A DNA stretch of 64,000 nt from an uncultured bacterium (GTDB lineage: Bacteria > Verrucomicrobiota > Verrucomicrobiia > Limisphaerales > UBA8199). The notes below the pieces were generated by a model that was not told the origin of the DNA, did not search any database, and was given only the letters and a program-made list of their open reading frames with translations. The DNA is taken from the NCBI GenBank assembly GCA_963749495.1, contig CAVVMW010000021.1, positions 160,001 to 224,000 on the forward strand. Reading direction: 5' to 3'. Numbering within the stretch: the first letter of the stretch is position 1; each line of letters starts with the position of its first letter. Below, piece after piece: positions 44,316 to 55,227 of this stretch. A program made the position numbers and the translations under genes.

Positions 44316-44713
44316 CTCAAGCCCCCGAACCTCAGGGTGGCTGATTCGGGAGAGAACACCAGGATGCTGATGCTGTCCACCGGTTGAGGGCTCTGGCGAC
44401 GGAAGATCCGGATATCGAATTGCATCAGGCCGTTGGTTTCGACCTGGCTGCACTCGTACTCCCAGGAGTAATCGCGATAGAGGTCGCCGAAGTCGCCCGA
44501 CTGGGTGCCCTCGGCGAAGCGATTGGTCCGGATGAGCAGTTGGGCGGCGACCATGCCGGCATCGACCTCGACGCGCCGCAGGCTCCGGGCGGTGCGGAGC
44601 GCACCGGAGACCAGCGCCAGGATGGCGAAGACCGAGGCGAAAAAGATGCCGATGGCGATCATCACTTCGATCAGCGAGAAGCCCGGTCCGGGTCTTTGAA
44701 GCGGCAATTTCAT
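44312..44713 (-). CDS. gspI: Type II secretion pseudopilin GspI-like
   Basis: GFSLIEVMIAIGIF; ATGA overlaps on both sides. Confidence 0.8.
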   Translation of the reverse strand: MKLPLQRPGPGFSLIEVMIAIGIFFASVFAILALVSGALRTARSLRRVEVDAGMVAAQLLIRTNRFAEGTQSGDFGDLYRDYSWEYECSQVETNGLMQFDIRIFRRQSPQPVDSISILVFSPESATLRFGGLR

Positions 44714-45429
44714 CGGTCAACAGGGCCGACGGTGGCCAGGCTGGTGGTGACCTCCAGGGCGATCTTGTACCACTCGCCCTTGTCCGAGTGCAGGACAATG
44801 GTCAATTCGTCGCAGGTGCCGTTAGGGAAGAACCGGGCGCGGGCGATCTCCCTGTCTTTGTACTCGCTGAGGTTGACGTCCAGCATCTCGATGGCGATGG
44901 AACTATCCAAGGTAGCGGACTTGCCGGAGCCCGGCGGCGGGGGCGGTCTAACGGCGGCCAGGCCCAAATCTTCGTTCTCCGCAACTCGAGGCTGCGGTTG
45001 CCTGGGGCTGACGGCGCCGCTCACCTCCATTCTCCGGTCCTGGGGATGGAAGACGACCTCGGCCACGCTGCCCTGCATAATGGCCTGCGCCCGGGCGCGG
45101 CTGAGGACCTCGTTGATGTCCCGGACGGCTTGGATCATGGGGGCCTTGCGCCACAGCTTATAGACCATCGGCACGCTCATGGTCAGCACGATGCCCATGA
45201 TGCCCACGACGATCATGATCTCGATGAGCGTGAAACCAGTGCGGAGTGCGCAGTGCGGAGGCCGGAATGACGAATGACGAATGACGAATGACGAATGTTT
45301 CGGAGGGGCGCCGGTTGCGGCGGCGCGCGGCTCTCGGTCCCTTCCGTCGCTTATGTCGCTTTTGTCCCTTGGTTGGACGCAGCCGGTCGTGGCAACAGGG
45401 TTTAGCATGTGAGGCACTCCCCTGCTCAT
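44710..45429 (-). CDS. gspH: Type II secretion pseudopilin GspH-like
   Basis: GFTLIEIMIVVGIMG; ARAQAI; RFFPNGTC. Confidence 0.82.
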   Translation of the reverse strand: MSRGVPHMLNPVATTGCVQPRDKSDISDGRDREPRAAATGAPPKHSSFVIRHSSFRPPHCALRTGFTLIEIMIVVGIMGIVLTMSVPMVYKLWRKAPMIQAVRDINEVLSRARAQAIMQGSVAEVVFHPQDRRMEVSGAVSPRQPQPRVAENEDLGLAAVRPPPPPGSGKSATLDSSIAIEMLDVNLSEYKDREIARARFFPNGTCDELTIVLHSDKGEWYKIALEVTTSLATVGPVDR

Positions 45430-46700
45430 TGGGCAATATGGGAGGTGATCGTGAACATCGCGGAAAGCACGCTCAGCAGCAGGAATCCCACGCCCAGGGC
45501 CATGCAGATGATCATGACGGGCTCGATCATGTTGGTCATGACGCGCAGGGCGATGCTGAGTTCATTTTCGTAGGTGTCGGCGACGTTCTTCAAGGCCCCT
45601 GGGACATCGCCGGTGTCCTCGCCGATCTTGACGAGGTCGACCATGAGCTGGGGGAAGACCTTGCTCCGGGCCAGGGGTTGGGCGATCGTCTTGCCGTCGG
45701 TGACCTCCTCGCGGGTCTTGGCGATGGCCTCCTTGACAATGCTGTTGCCCATGATCTGCTCGGTGATCTTGAGGGCGGTCAGGACGGGGACGCCGTTCTC
45801 CAGGAGAGTCGAGAGGGTGCGGGCGAACTGCCCGAAGAGGTTGAGCTTGATGACCTTGCCGAAGATCGGGGCGCTCATCTTCCAAAGGTTGATTTTGCGC
45901 CGGCCCTCTGTGGAGGCCTGGAACCGCTTGAAGATGATGATGGCGGCCAGGATGATGCCGATTATGAGCCACCAATAGGTCTTCAGGAAATGGCTGAACC
46001 CCAGCAACGCCTGGGTGGTCGCCGGCAGCGGAATGTCCATGCCCTCGAAGATCGACATGAACTTGGGAAGCATGTAACTGACGAAAAAGAACATGATGCC
46101 CAGGCCGACCACGGCGACAAAGGCGGGGTAGATGAGGGCGGAGGTGAACTTGGCCTGGACCTGGGCGAAGCGTTCGAAGTGGTCGGCCATGCGCCGGAGC
46201 ACCTCGACCAGGGCGCCGCTGGATTCGCCGGCGCGGACCATGTTGACGTAGAGGTCGGAGAAGACCCGGGGCTGCTTGGTCATGGCATCGGAGAGGCTCC
46301 GGCCTTCCATGACATCCTGGCGCAAGTCCCGGCTCACGTCGGCGGAGATGCCCTTGGACTGCAGGTGGGTCATGCTGTTGAGGGCGACGGTCAGCGGCAT
46401 GCCCGCTTTGAGCAGGTTGGCTAACTGCTGGGTGAAGGTCGCCAGTTCCTGGAGCTTTGGTTTGCGCTTCCGGGTCAGGTACTCGCGCAATGTCGGCGGC
46501 AGCAGGGCGCGCCAATCGGTCCTGGGCCCGGCGGTGGCGCGCTCGCCGGGCATGGCGCCGCCCTTGGCCGCCTCGACCGCCACGGGAAACAACCCCGACC
46601 GCTCGATCTGCAACAATGCAGCCGAGCGATCGGCGCCCTCCAGCACGCCTTCCACAACCTCGCCGCTGCGCCGGCGGGCCTTGTACGAAAACTGAGCCAT
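45426..46700 (-). CDS. gspF: Type II secretion F-family platform protein
   Basis: FTQQLANLLKAGMPL, MVRAGESSG, ALIYP, IGEDTG, IEPVMI. Confidence 0.95.
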   Translation of the reverse strand: MAQFSYKARRRSGEVVEGVLEGADRSAALLQIERSGLFPVAVEAAKGGAMPGERATAGPRTDWRALLPPTLREYLTRKRKPKLQELATFTQQLANLLKAGMPLTVALNSMTHLQSKGISADVSRDLRQDVMEGRSLSDAMTKQPRVFSDLYVNMVRAGESSGALVEVLRRMADHFERFAQVQAKFTSALIYPAFVAVVGLGIMFFFVSYMLPKFMSIFEGMDIPLPATTQALLGFSHFLKTYWWLIIGIILAAIIIFKRFQASTEGRRKINLWKMSAPIFGKVIKLNLFGQFARTLSTLLENGVPVLTALKITEQIMGNSIVKEAIAKTREEVTDGKTIAQPLARSKVFPQLMVDLVKIGEDTGDVPGALKNVADTYENELSIALRVMTNMIEPVMIICMALGVGFLLLSVLSAMFTITSHIAQ

Positions 46701-46852
46701 AAACCGAGACTGTTTTGTCTTAAACACGAAATCTACCTGAAAGTTGCGCCCAGCCAAGGGCCAAATTCAGAGTGCCCCGCTGCGGGGTGTGAGACAGAAT
46801 TCTTGTTGCACCTCCAGATCACAGCTCTCAGAGATGATCTGGCTCTTCGATC

Positions 46853-46940
46853 CTTCGTTTCCTTCGTTTCCTTCTGTTCTTTTCAAGCGTCCCACCGGCT
46901 GCGCGCAGGAACAGAACAGAAGGAAACGAAGGAAACGAAG
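46853..46940. repeat. Inverted pair of CTTCGTTTC 9-mer runs
   Basis: cttcgtttccttcgtttccttctgttct ... agaacagaaggaaacgaaggaaacgaag. Confidence 0.8.
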
Positions 46941-47071
46941 AGGCGGCCGGACAGGAGGCATCGTTGTGGTCCGTGCCAGTTCGTGTCTGGACTCGGAGAG
47001 ACCTTCTGTGATGAAGGCCCAGCAAAATCCATTTTGTGAAGGTTTTCGTCCTACACACCCCGCCGCTTGGG

Positions 47072-48541
47072 TCAGGCAAGCGCCAGGCGGGTAGGACTGA
47101 TGTTCCACGCCCGCCGCCTGAAGCAGTCGCGCAGCGCCGCCTCGGCCGCGCGGAGGCCGCACATGCCATGCACGCCGCCGCCGGGGGGAGTGGAGGCGGA
47201 GCAGAGATAGAGGCCGGGGACGGGGGTGCGATAGGGCGTAGGGCTCAGCACCGGGCGGGCCAGCAACTGGCGCCAATCGGCCAACCCGCCGTGGATGTCG
47301 CCCCCGACCAGGTTGGCGTTGTGCCGCTCCAGATCCTGGCAGTTCATCGCGCGGCGCGCGAGGACGCGCCGGCCAAAGCCGGGGGCGAACCGCTCGATTT
47401 GATTCTCGATCCGGCCGGTCATATCGAAGGTCGAGCCGTTGGGCACGTGGCAATAGGCCCAGGCCACGTGGCACCCTTCAGGAGCGCGGGTCGGGTCAAA
47501 GAGCGTAGGCTGGGAGAGGATGACAAAAGGCCGCTCCGGGTGGAGACCCCGGGCCACCTCGCGCTCGGCGGCGGCGATTTCCTCGAGCGAGCCGCCCAAG
47601 TGTACCGTGCCGGCGCGCGCGCAGGCCTCCGCCTTCCAGGGGATCGGCCAATCCATGGCGTAATCGACCTTGAACACCCCGGGCCCGAAGCGAAATCGCT
47701 CCAGGCGGCTGCGGTAGGAGGCAGGGAGTTTGTGGCCCGCCAGGCGGAGCACCTGCCGCGGGGTCAGGTCCAGCAAGACCGCCCGGGCCAGGGGCAGTTC
47801 GTCGATGGTCACGACCTGAACGCGCGTCGCCAATTCGCCGCCCAGGGCGCGCAAATGGGCCGCCATGGCCTGAGTGAGCTGGCTGGCGCCGCCGCGCGGC
47901 AACGGCCAGCCGACCGCGTGGCCCAGGAGGCCCAGCACCAGGGCGAAGGCCGCCCCGGGCCGCTGCTCCAGGGGCAGAAACGAGTGCGCCGCCAGCCCGG
48001 CAACCAGCGCGCGGGCTGCCTCGCCGGCGAAGCAACTCGACGCTAGGCCGCTCCCGGAACGGACTGCCCGCAGGCCGAAGCGGGCCAGCAGCAGCGGATG
48101 GCGCGGGAAATGGAGCAGCGGCCGCAATAACTCCCCCGCCAACGCCTCCCACCTCGCCGCCAGCGGCCCCATCAGCCGCTCATAGGCCGCACCGTCTTTG
48201 CCCAATCCTTGGGCGGTCTCCCCGATCGAACGCCTCAGCACAACTGCAGCGCCGTTGTCCAGCGGATGGGCCAGCGGCAGTTCCGGCTCAATCCACCTCA
48301 GCCCGTACTTCTCCAGCGGCAAGCGGCCCAAAAAAGGCGACCCTGCAGCCAATGGGTGGATGGCTGAGCAGGTGTCGTGTACGAAGCCCGGCAGCGTCAC
48401 CTCGGCAGACCGCGCGCCTCCCCCGAGGCACTCCTGCTCCTCGACGACAAGCACTGACAAACGCTCCTGCGCCAGCCGAATCGCGGCGGCCAGACCGTTG
48501 GGCCCGGAGCCGATGACTATGGCATCGTAGGAGACGTTCAA
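47072..48541 (-). CDS. Phytoene-dehydrogenase-like FAD oxidoreductase (COG1233-like)
   Basis: IGSGPNGLAAA, HDTCSAIHP, GGDIHGG, LYLCSASTPPGGGVHGMCG. Confidence 0.92.
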   Translation of the reverse strand: MNVSYDAIVIGSGPNGLAAAIRLAQERLSVLVVEEQECLGGGARSAEVTLPGFVHDTCSAIHPLAAGSPFLGRLPLEKYGLRWIEPELPLAHPLDNGAAVVLRRSIGETAQGLGKDGAAYERLMGPLAARWEALAGELLRPLLHFPRHPLLLARFGLRAVRSGSGLASSCFAGEAARALVAGLAAHSFLPLEQRPGAAFALVLGLLGHAVGWPLPRGGASQLTQAMAAHLRALGGELATRVQVVTIDELPLARAVLLDLTPRQVLRLAGHKLPASYRSRLERFRFGPGVFKVDYAMDWPIPWKAEACARAGTVHLGGSLEEIAAAEREVARGLHPERPFVILSQPTLFDPTRAPEGCHVAWAYCHVPNGSTFDMTGRIENQIERFAPGFGRRVLARRAMNCQDLERHNANLVGGDIHGGLADWRQLLARPVLSPTPYRTPVPGLYLCSASTPPGGGVHGMCGLRAAEAALRDCFRRRAWNISPTRLALA

Positions 48542-48601
48542 GGTGACCGGCAGCCGGTGAAGTTTGCCCCTTTTGTCCCTTTTGTCCCTGGTATCCTTGT
48601 C

Positions 48602-50197
48602 TCAACGCCCCGGCGCCTGGGCCGGGATGGCCGGCTTCAAGGTCCAGGCCTGCAGCCGGGCCAACTCGAGGAGCCTTGGTGCGCGAAAGCCTTCCTTGTG
48701 GATGACCCAACCGCCGAAGAGCCCCGGCGTGTCGGCGGCCACACGGCGGGCGGGCAACACCTCGGGGTTGCCAGCCAGAGCGACGCCGTCTTCGACTGGG
48801 AAACGCCCGTACTGACGATGGTTTTCGTAGGCCGCGGCCAGGGCGAGCAGAAACTCGGCGGGCGGCATCGGGTCGGCGCCGATGAAGACACGGGAGGGCA
48901 CGCGCTGCCGGGTTTGGATGAAGTCGAGCACGTCCTGGAGTGCGTCCCGAAAGGCCGGCCAGGGCAGGCGATTCTTTCCGGAGGCGGGCGGAGGCGGGGC
49001 GTCGGGGCCCAGCAGGCCCTTGGCGCGCAGGAACTCCTGGCCGGCGTTGAGCGCGCCCACGGATAGCCTCAAGGTGCTGCCCGTCATCCCGGCGTTGAGC
49101 CTGCCGACGGCCAGGGCGAGCAATTCGAATTGATCGGCTAGCGAATAGGCGCGGGGGCCGAGCACGAGAAAATCGGCCCCCTTGGCGGCACCGGAAAGGA
49201 GGCGGGAAGTGATTGCGGCCAGGTCCTTCTCCGGAGCGCCCTCGGCCCGGACGGCATCCGGGTAAAGCACTGGCAGGTCGGCGGCGGTGACAAAGCCGAT
49301 GTTGGGCAGCGAGCGGATGTAATCGATGTACTGGCCGAAGCGCTGGAATGCGGCAGCGGTTTCCTCGGCAGGGCGTTGAGGCGGCAGTTGCCACTGTTCG
49401 CGCGGCGGGTTGGCGCCCCGGCGGAAATTAACGCCATCCCAAAACTCGAGGTGTACCCACTCACACGGATGATAGTAAATGCTGATGAGGCCGCCACCCT
49501 CCTGGGCGCGCAGGCGCTCGGCAATGGCGGAGACGCGCCTCTTGGCCGGCTCGAGCGCGGCCGGGTCGTGCAATTCCATGCGCGTGCAGTTGTCGCCCAT
49601 GTGATACACGTTGAGGGCGCCGGCATACCAGAACGGTTTCTCGTCCAAACCGACGTGGTCACCCTCGTCCACGTAACAGGGCACGCCGTGCGGGGCGACG
49701 CCGATGTCTTTCAGGGCGATGATGGCCTGGGGAGCCCAGGAGGAACCGGGCTGGCCGTAGCAGGCCAGCGTCGGGACCGAGAAAATCCGCCGCACGTCCG
49801 CAGCCCCGCCGCCTTCGCGCCGGGCGAATTCGGCCGCCCCGTCCAGCAAGCCGCAGTCGGCCAGGTATTCGGATGGCGTCGGGTGAACGGAATGGAAGTT
49901 GGCGTGATAGGCGATGGTGTGTTTGCTCAGCGCCGCGATCACGTCGCGGCGCCCGCGGCGCTCCAGGACGCGCGCCTTCTCGCCGACGACCTTGAAAGTG
50001 GCGCGCACGCCCCGCTCTGTCAGCATCTGGGCCAATTGAATGCAGGCGTCGTCATCGGCCGGCAGGATGTAATCTTCCGTATCGAACCAGAGGATGACGT
50101 TGACGCGGGGCTGGTCGGCGGCGGCGGCCAGGGACATGACGAGAGTGAAACCGAGCCAGAGCGCCAGGACTTTGAGGAGGGAGGACAAGTGTTTCAT
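48602..50197 (-). CDS. Exported polysaccharide-deacetylase-like protein
   Basis: Signal peptide; WFDTED, RATFKVVG, YHANFHS, YYHP. Confidence 0.7.
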   Translation of the reverse strand: MKHLSSLLKVLALWLGFTLVMSLAAAADQPRVNVILWFDTEDYILPADDDACIQLAQMLTERGVRATFKVVGEKARVLERRGRRDVIAALSKHTIAYHANFHSVHPTPSEYLADCGLLDGAAEFARREGGGAADVRRIFSVPTLACYGQPGSSWAPQAIIALKDIGVAPHGVPCYVDEGDHVGLDEKPFWYAGALNVYHMGDNCTRMELHDPAALEPAKRRVSAIAERLRAQEGGGLISIYYHPCEWVHLEFWDGVNFRRGANPPREQWQLPPQRPAEETAAAFQRFGQYIDYIRSLPNIGFVTAADLPVLYPDAVRAEGAPEKDLAAITSRLLSGAAKGADFLVLGPRAYSLADQFELLALAVGRLNAGMTGSTLRLSVGALNAGQEFLRAKGLLGPDAPPPPASGKNRLPWPAFRDALQDVLDFIQTRQRVPSRVFIGADPMPPAEFLLALAAAYENHRQYGRFPVEDGVALAGNPEVLPARRVAADTPGLFGGWVIHKEGFRAPRLLELARLQAWTLKPAIPAQAPGR

Positions 50198-50336
50198 AAT
50201 CAGCATGGAATCTGTTGAAACCGCAACGGCCGCAAGGATGCTCGTCCTGGAACCGATGATCCAGATCAAATTGGCCAGGCCAAGCCTCCGCGCGTTCTTT
50301 TCGTCCCTTGTGTCCCTTATGTCCCTTGAGCCGCCT

Positions 50337-50803
50337 TCATCTCACCCCCAGAGGTCTTTTCTTCTCCGGCGCTCTCTGCATCGTGATGCGCCCGACATCG
50401 AGCACAGGGACGCCCCCGGGGGCGTTGGTGGCCAGGAGGCTGGAGGCAGAGCAGTTGGTTTGGAGGCGCAGGTAACCGGCGCATTCCAAGGTGAGGCGGA
50501 CCGCGCTCCATCCGCCCCAGCGCACAGGGCTGAGCACGCGCTCGCTCGGGAGGGTGAACCGCCCGTCCTGGCCGGTCAGGGTTCGAGCTTTGCGGATGAG
50601 CAACTCGCCGCCATGAAGGGGTGAGCCGCCAGGGGACTCCGGGTTGGGTCGGCCGCGCACGACCCTCACGCCGGCAAGAGGCCCGTGTCTTCGGCCACAA
50701 CCTGGCCCGTCACGCGCGGCGATACATACGGACCCAATGCCAGGCCCTTGCAGCCGGCCAGAAGACAGACAAGGCACAAGAAGGACAAAAGCTTTTTCGT
50801 CAT
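50337..50803 (-). CDS. Putative lipoprotein with carboxypeptidase-regulatory-like domain (frameshift about 50680)
   Basis: MTKKLLSFLCLVCLLAGC...SPRVTGQVVAEDTG, then PLAGVRV...TGQDGRFTL in the next frame. Confidence 0.65.
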
Positions 50804-50893
50804 TCGTCATTCGTCATTCGTCATTCCCTCCCTCCGAGGGATTCCGCACTCCGCACTCCACACTCCGCACTCCACACTCCGCGCTCCGCGCTC
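50798..50893. repeat. CGTCATT and CTCCGCA heptamer runs
   Basis: Tandem heptamers. Confidence 0.9.
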
Positions 50894-50912
50894 CGCACTC
50901 CGCACTCCGCAC

Positions 50913-51653
50913 TCATTTGGCTTCCGCCCGCCGCTTGTATTCCTCCAGGATGGCCACCGTGGCCGAAGCCCCGCACCGGCTGGCGCCCAACTCGCGCACC
51001 CGGATTAGACCGTCCAGGTCGCGCACGCCCCCGGCGGCCTTGACCTGCACCCGGCTCGACACGCTGGCGCGCATCAGCCTCAGGTCCGGCTCCGTGGCCC
51101 CCCGGTAGCTGTACTTGCCGTCTGCCCCCTTGACAAATCCGTAACCCGTCGAGGTCTTCACCCAGTCGGCCCCCGCGCGCTCCGCCACCTGGCAAAGCTT
51201 GTGTTTGATCTCGTCGCCGCTCAAACCGGCGCCCCCGCCGCCCAGGTAATCGTTCTCCAGAATCACCTTGACCTTCGCCTTTCTCTGGTGCGCCTCCTCA
51301 CAGACCGCCCGCAACTCGCTCTCGACATACTCCCAATCCCCGCTCAGGGCCTTGCCGACGTTGATGACCACATCGATTTCCGCGGCCCCATCCCGACAGG
51401 CCAGCTCCGTCTCGTACCGCTTCACCTCGGTGGCGCTGTTCCCGTGCGGAAAACCGACCACCGCTCCCACCGCCACCTTGGTCCCCGCCAGCAGTTCGGC
51501 AGCGCGCCGCACATAATAAGGTTTGATGCACACCGACGCCACCCCGTATCGAGCCGCCACCCGGCAGCCCTCCTCCAACTCCCGGTCCGTCATCGTCGGG
51601 TGCAGCAGGGAATGATCGATCATCCCCGCCAGTTCCTCGTAACTGTATTTCAT
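50913..51653 (-). CDS. deoC: Deoxyribose-phosphate aldolase
   Basis: IDHSLL, VVGFPHG, EIDVVIN, KVILE, VKTSTG, VKAAGGVR. Confidence 0.96.
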   Translation of the reverse strand: MKYSYEELAGMIDHSLLHPTMTDRELEEGCRVAARYGVASVCIKPYYVRRAAELLAGTKVAVGAVVGFPHGNSATEVKRYETELACRDGAAEIDVVINVGKALSGDWEYVESELRAVCEEAHQRKAKVKVILENDYLGGGGAGLSGDEIKHKLCQVAERAGADWVKTSTGYGFVKGADGKYSYRGATEPDLRLMRASVSSRVQVKAAGGVRDLDGLIRVRELGASRCGASATVAILEEYKRRAEAK

Positions 51654-51802
51654 GCGTTTCATTGGGTTCAGTGGAGAGCCTCCACGATTTCGAAATCGCG
51701 CATTGGGACCATGAACCGGACGGGCGCCCCTGCCGCGCGCAGCGTTTTGGACTGCCGCACTCCAAAACCTGGCGGACTTCGGCGGTTCATGGAGAGGCGG
51801 CC

Positions 51803-52717
51803 TCATCCAAAATACGGCCGCAGAATGTCCCCGGCCACCTTGAGCGCCCGCTTCCGTCCCTCGAGCGTCTTGCCAAACGTATCATCCTCCACCTCGACAC
51901 AAACCGGCCCCTCGTAGCCGATCTCGTAAAGCCGGGCCATGAACCGGCCCCAGTCAATCTCCCCCAGCCCGGGAATGCGCGGCGTGTGCCATTCCTTCGG
52001 GACTGCGAAGATCCCGACCTCATCGAGCCGCGTTGGGTCCACCGTCATGTCCTTGGCGTGCAGGTGAAAGAGCTTGTCCTTGAACTCGAGCAAGGGGCTG
52101 ACCGGGTCCATGCGCTGCAAGACGAAATGCGAGGGATCGTAATTCAGGCCAAAGCTCTTCGATGGAATGTCTTTGAACATCCGCCGCCAGATCGCGGGCG
52201 TCGTTGCCAGGTTCTTGCCTCCGGGCCATTCGTCGCGCGTGAAAAGCATGGGACAGTTCTCGATGCCGATGCGGATGCCTTGCTTCTCGGCAAAGGCGAT
52301 CAACGGCTTCCACACCCTCAAAAAACGCGGCCAGTTCTCCTCGACGCCCCGGGTCCAGTCCCGCCCCACGAACGTATTGACGTTCCCCAGCCCCAAAAGC
52401 CGCGCGGCCACAATGACCTGCTTGAGGTGGTCCACCGCCCGCCGGGCAACCTCCGCGTCCGGGTCCAGCGGGTTCGGATAATAGCCCAGGCCCGAAAGGC
52501 CAACGCCATACCGGCGGCACAGCCCGTTGACTTCACCCGCGCGCCCCTGCGTAAAGCCGCCCACATCGATGTGCGTGACGCCCGCAAATCGGCGCTCCGC
52601 CTTGCCCGCCGGCCAGCACATGACCTCGACGCACTCAAAACCCTCGTCCCGCGCAAACCGAAGCACCTCCTCCAGCGTCAATTCCGGCAGAATCGCAGAC
52701 ACAAATCCAAGTTTCAT
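51803..52717 (-). CDS. Sugar phosphate isomerase/epimerase
   Basis: [33 protein letters not shown]. Confidence 0.92.
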   Translation of the reverse strand: MKLGFVSAILPELTLEEVLRFARDEGFECVEVMCWPAGKAERRFAGVTHIDVGGFTQGRAGEVNGLCRRYGVGLSGLGYYPNPLDPDAEVARRAVDHLKQVIVAARLLGLGNVNTFVGRDWTRGVEENWPRFLRVWKPLIAFAEKQGIRIGIENCPMLFTRDEWPGGKNLATTPAIWRRMFKDIPSKSFGLNYDPSHFVLQRMDPVSPLLEFKDKLFHLHAKDMTVDPTRLDEVGIFAVPKEWHTPRIPGLGEIDWGRFMARLYEIGYEGPVCVEVEDDTFGKTLEGRKRALKVAGDILRPYFG

Positions 52718-52755
52718 AACAGGGTTAAGTTAATTGATCCGAATTACACCGCGGT

Positions 52756-53154
52756 TCACATATCCAGTCTGTCGGTCGCCCGCACCCACGGGATGGCGTG
52801 AAAATGCTGGTCGAATGTCAGCACCACAGCCTGCACTCGCTTGGCGGAACAGGCGATCACTACGTCGGTTAGCGGCAGGACTATCCCCTGCCGGTCCAGT
52901 TCCCAAGCGGCCCTCGCCACCTCATCCCACAAGCGAGCATCCGTGGGCACGTTGATCATCACGTCCCAAAAGGCCCGGAAACGCTCCCGGACTTTCTCAG
53001 GCCGGAGCACCCGCCCCACCTCGCACCGGACGATCCCGCAAATGACCAGGTCCCGCGTCGCGGCGATCAAGGCCAGGGCCTTCAAGGGGTCCTGGCCCTG
53101 GCGCAGCAGGCCGATGTAATAGCTGCTATCTACGAGCACGGCGCTTGGGCCCAT
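52756..53154 (-). CDS. vapC: PIN-domain VapC toxin
   Basis: VLVDSSYYI, EVGR, LTDVVIA, LTFDQHF. Confidence 0.9.
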   Translation of the reverse strand: MGPSAVLVDSSYYIGLLRQGQDPLKALALIAATRDLVICGIVRCEVGRVLRPEKVRERFRAFWDVMINVPTDARLWDEVARAAWELDRQGIVLPLTDVVIACSAKRVQAVVLTFDQHFHAIPWVRATDRLDM

Positions 53155-53386
53155 AAGTGACGGGGGTTTCGCTGCGGCGCATGGCAGCCAGGTCGTAAGC
53201 GGGATCGACCGTCTCCTTCAACTCATCCGGCCCCAGCCCCAACCCGCCCGCGCTCAAGCTCATGAGCGTGGCTCTCCTGTCCATTTCTCTCAAGGCCAGG
53301 TCAACCGCGTAGGTCTTGCTGGTGGTGCCGGCGGCCTTCATCACTTTGGCCAGCAATGCTTCATCTATGTGCATCGTCATCTTCAT
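53126..53386 (-). CDS. vapB: VapB-family antitoxin
   Basis: MKMTMHIDEALLAKVM...TSKTYAVDLALRE. Confidence 0.88.
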   Translation of the reverse strand: MKMTMHIDEALLAKVMKAAGTTSKTYAVDLALREMDRRATLMSLSAGGLGLGPDELKETVDPAYDLAAMRRSETPVTYGPKRRARR

Positions 53387-53498
53387 GCCATACTTTATAT
53401 GGCATTCCACCCATACTGTCAACTCTTTTCTCAACTTTTTTTCATGCCTGGGGCGCAACGCCGGGAGCGCACTTCTCCTCGCCTGTGCGGCCTTGCCC

Positions 53499-53640
53499 GC
53501 TGGGCGCATCCCGACACCGCCCCCGGAGCGCCGGCTTCAGCCGGCTTTGCGCGCACCTGCACCCCTTTGGCCCCCTGTGAACATTGAACGTCCAAAGCCG
53601 GCTGAAGCCGGCGCTCCGGCCCTTCGGCGTCGGTGGCGGG
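53499..53640. repeat. Palindromic element, uninterrupted version of 7342-7883
   Basis: ggagcgccggcttcagccggcttt ... aaagccggctgaagccggcgctcc. Confidence 0.85.
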
Positions 53641-53668
53641 GGTAGGGTCCCGATGCGCCCTTGCTCGC

Positions 53669-54833
53669 TCACACGGCCCTCCGCAGCTTGACCCATTGCC
53701 GGCGCTTGTGGCTCTTCAGGATGGCCTCGCACACGGCAACCTCCTGGTGCCCGTCTTCCGCGGTGGCAAAGAGTCTCTCGCCGCCCATGCCCGCAATCGC
53801 CCCATAGACCGAGCGGAAGAAGCATCTTGAAGGTGTCGGGAAAGCCTTCCACGTGGCCGGCTGGGTAATCGATGCACGGCGCCGCATCGGGGCCGAACGC
53901 CGGCGTGCCGCGCACGGCCACCTCGTTGGCGCGGTCGCGGTGGCCGTAGTGGAGCAGTTCGGGGTTCTCCGAGCACCACCAGGCCGACTGCTTCGAACCG
54001 TAAAGCTCGATGCGGATGCAGTTCTTCCGTCCGGCGGCGACCTGCGAGACCGCCAGGTTGCCCCGCGCGCCGCTGCTGAACTGCAGCAGCACGCTGGCAT
54101 AGTCCTCGGTTCGGACCCGGTACGGGGCATATCGCATCGCGCCGCCGGCCCTGGCGAAGGTCTGCACCTCGCCCAGCGGACGCCGCCGCGTCTTGTGCCA
54201 CGTTGCCAGGTCGGCGAACACCGCAGCAATCCGGGCGCCCAGAATGAAACAGGCGGCGTCGATCCAGTGCGTGCCGATGTCCGCCACCGCCCGCAGCTTC
54301 CCTCCCTCTTCCGGCAGCAGCCGCCAGTTGTAGTCGGTCTCCTTGAAGAGCCAGTCCTGGAAGTACGACCCATTCACGTGGATGATGTCGCCAAACTCGC
54401 CGCGCGCGACCATCCGGCGAAGCTGCAGGACGGCGGGGTAAAAACGCACATTGTAATTCACGGCGAAGACGGTGTTGGCGTTTTGGGTTCGTTCGAGGAT
54501 GCGCCGGGTTTGCCGCGTATTCATCGCCAGCGGTTTCTCGCACACACAATGTTTGCCAGCGGCCAGCGCGGCCAGCGCCATCTCGCAATGCAACCGGTTC
54601 GGCGCGGCGATGTGAACCACATCGATCCCGGGCGCGCGAAGCAGCTCCCGGTAATCACCGTAACCCCGCGCAATGCCCAGTCTGGCGGCGGCGCTCTCGA
54701 CGCGCTCCGGCACGTCGCACAGCGCCGCCACCTGGACACCCAGGCGCCGCAGCGCCTCGATGTGTGCCGGGCCGATGAAGCCCGTGCCGATGACCCCGGC
54801 GCGAAGTTGGTGGATGGCTTTGGCTGCGCTCAT
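53669..54833 (-). CDS. Gfo/Idh/MocA oxidoreductase (frameshift about 53817)
   Basis: IGTGFIG, HCVCEKPLA, YFQDWL, DIGTHW, PAGHVEGFPD. Confidence 0.92.
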
Positions 54834-54954
54834 GCGTGTCTCGGCGGCTATACATAAAGCCCGCCTCGGCAAAGACAAGCGCAAAAGGTGTTTACAGTGG
54901 CACCAAAAGCGGCACAACCCAGGTTCAGGGCGGGAAAATCAAGGAGATACAAGG

Positions 54955-55007
54955 TGGTGGGCGCGACAGGACTTGAACCTGCAAGAGTTTCCTCACGCGG
55001 TCCTAAG
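54955..55007 (-). repeat. Duplicated 3' part of tRNA-Leu (att-like)
   Basis: 53 bp matching 62030-62082 with one mismatch. Confidence 0.92.
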
Positions 55008-55065
55008 TGGTCATGAACATAAATACGATGGCGTATCCTCGATGCGCGGCAGGGCCGCCCCCAGG

Positions 55066-55202
55066 GTAGCGCAGACCTCCGAGTCTGCTGTCTCGCAGGT
55101 TTCCAAACCTGCGGGCCAACCGAGGTGCGGACGCGCGTGCCTTCACGGACGCGCAGCCGACTTGGAAGTCGGCGATACAGCAGACTCGGAGGTCTGCGCT
55201 AC
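55066..55202. repeat. Palindromic REP-like element
   Basis: gtagcgcagacctccgagtctgctgt ... acagcagactcggaggtctgcgctac. Confidence 0.88.
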
Positions 55203-55227
55203 GTCACCGTATTTGCGTCCGGTAGTA

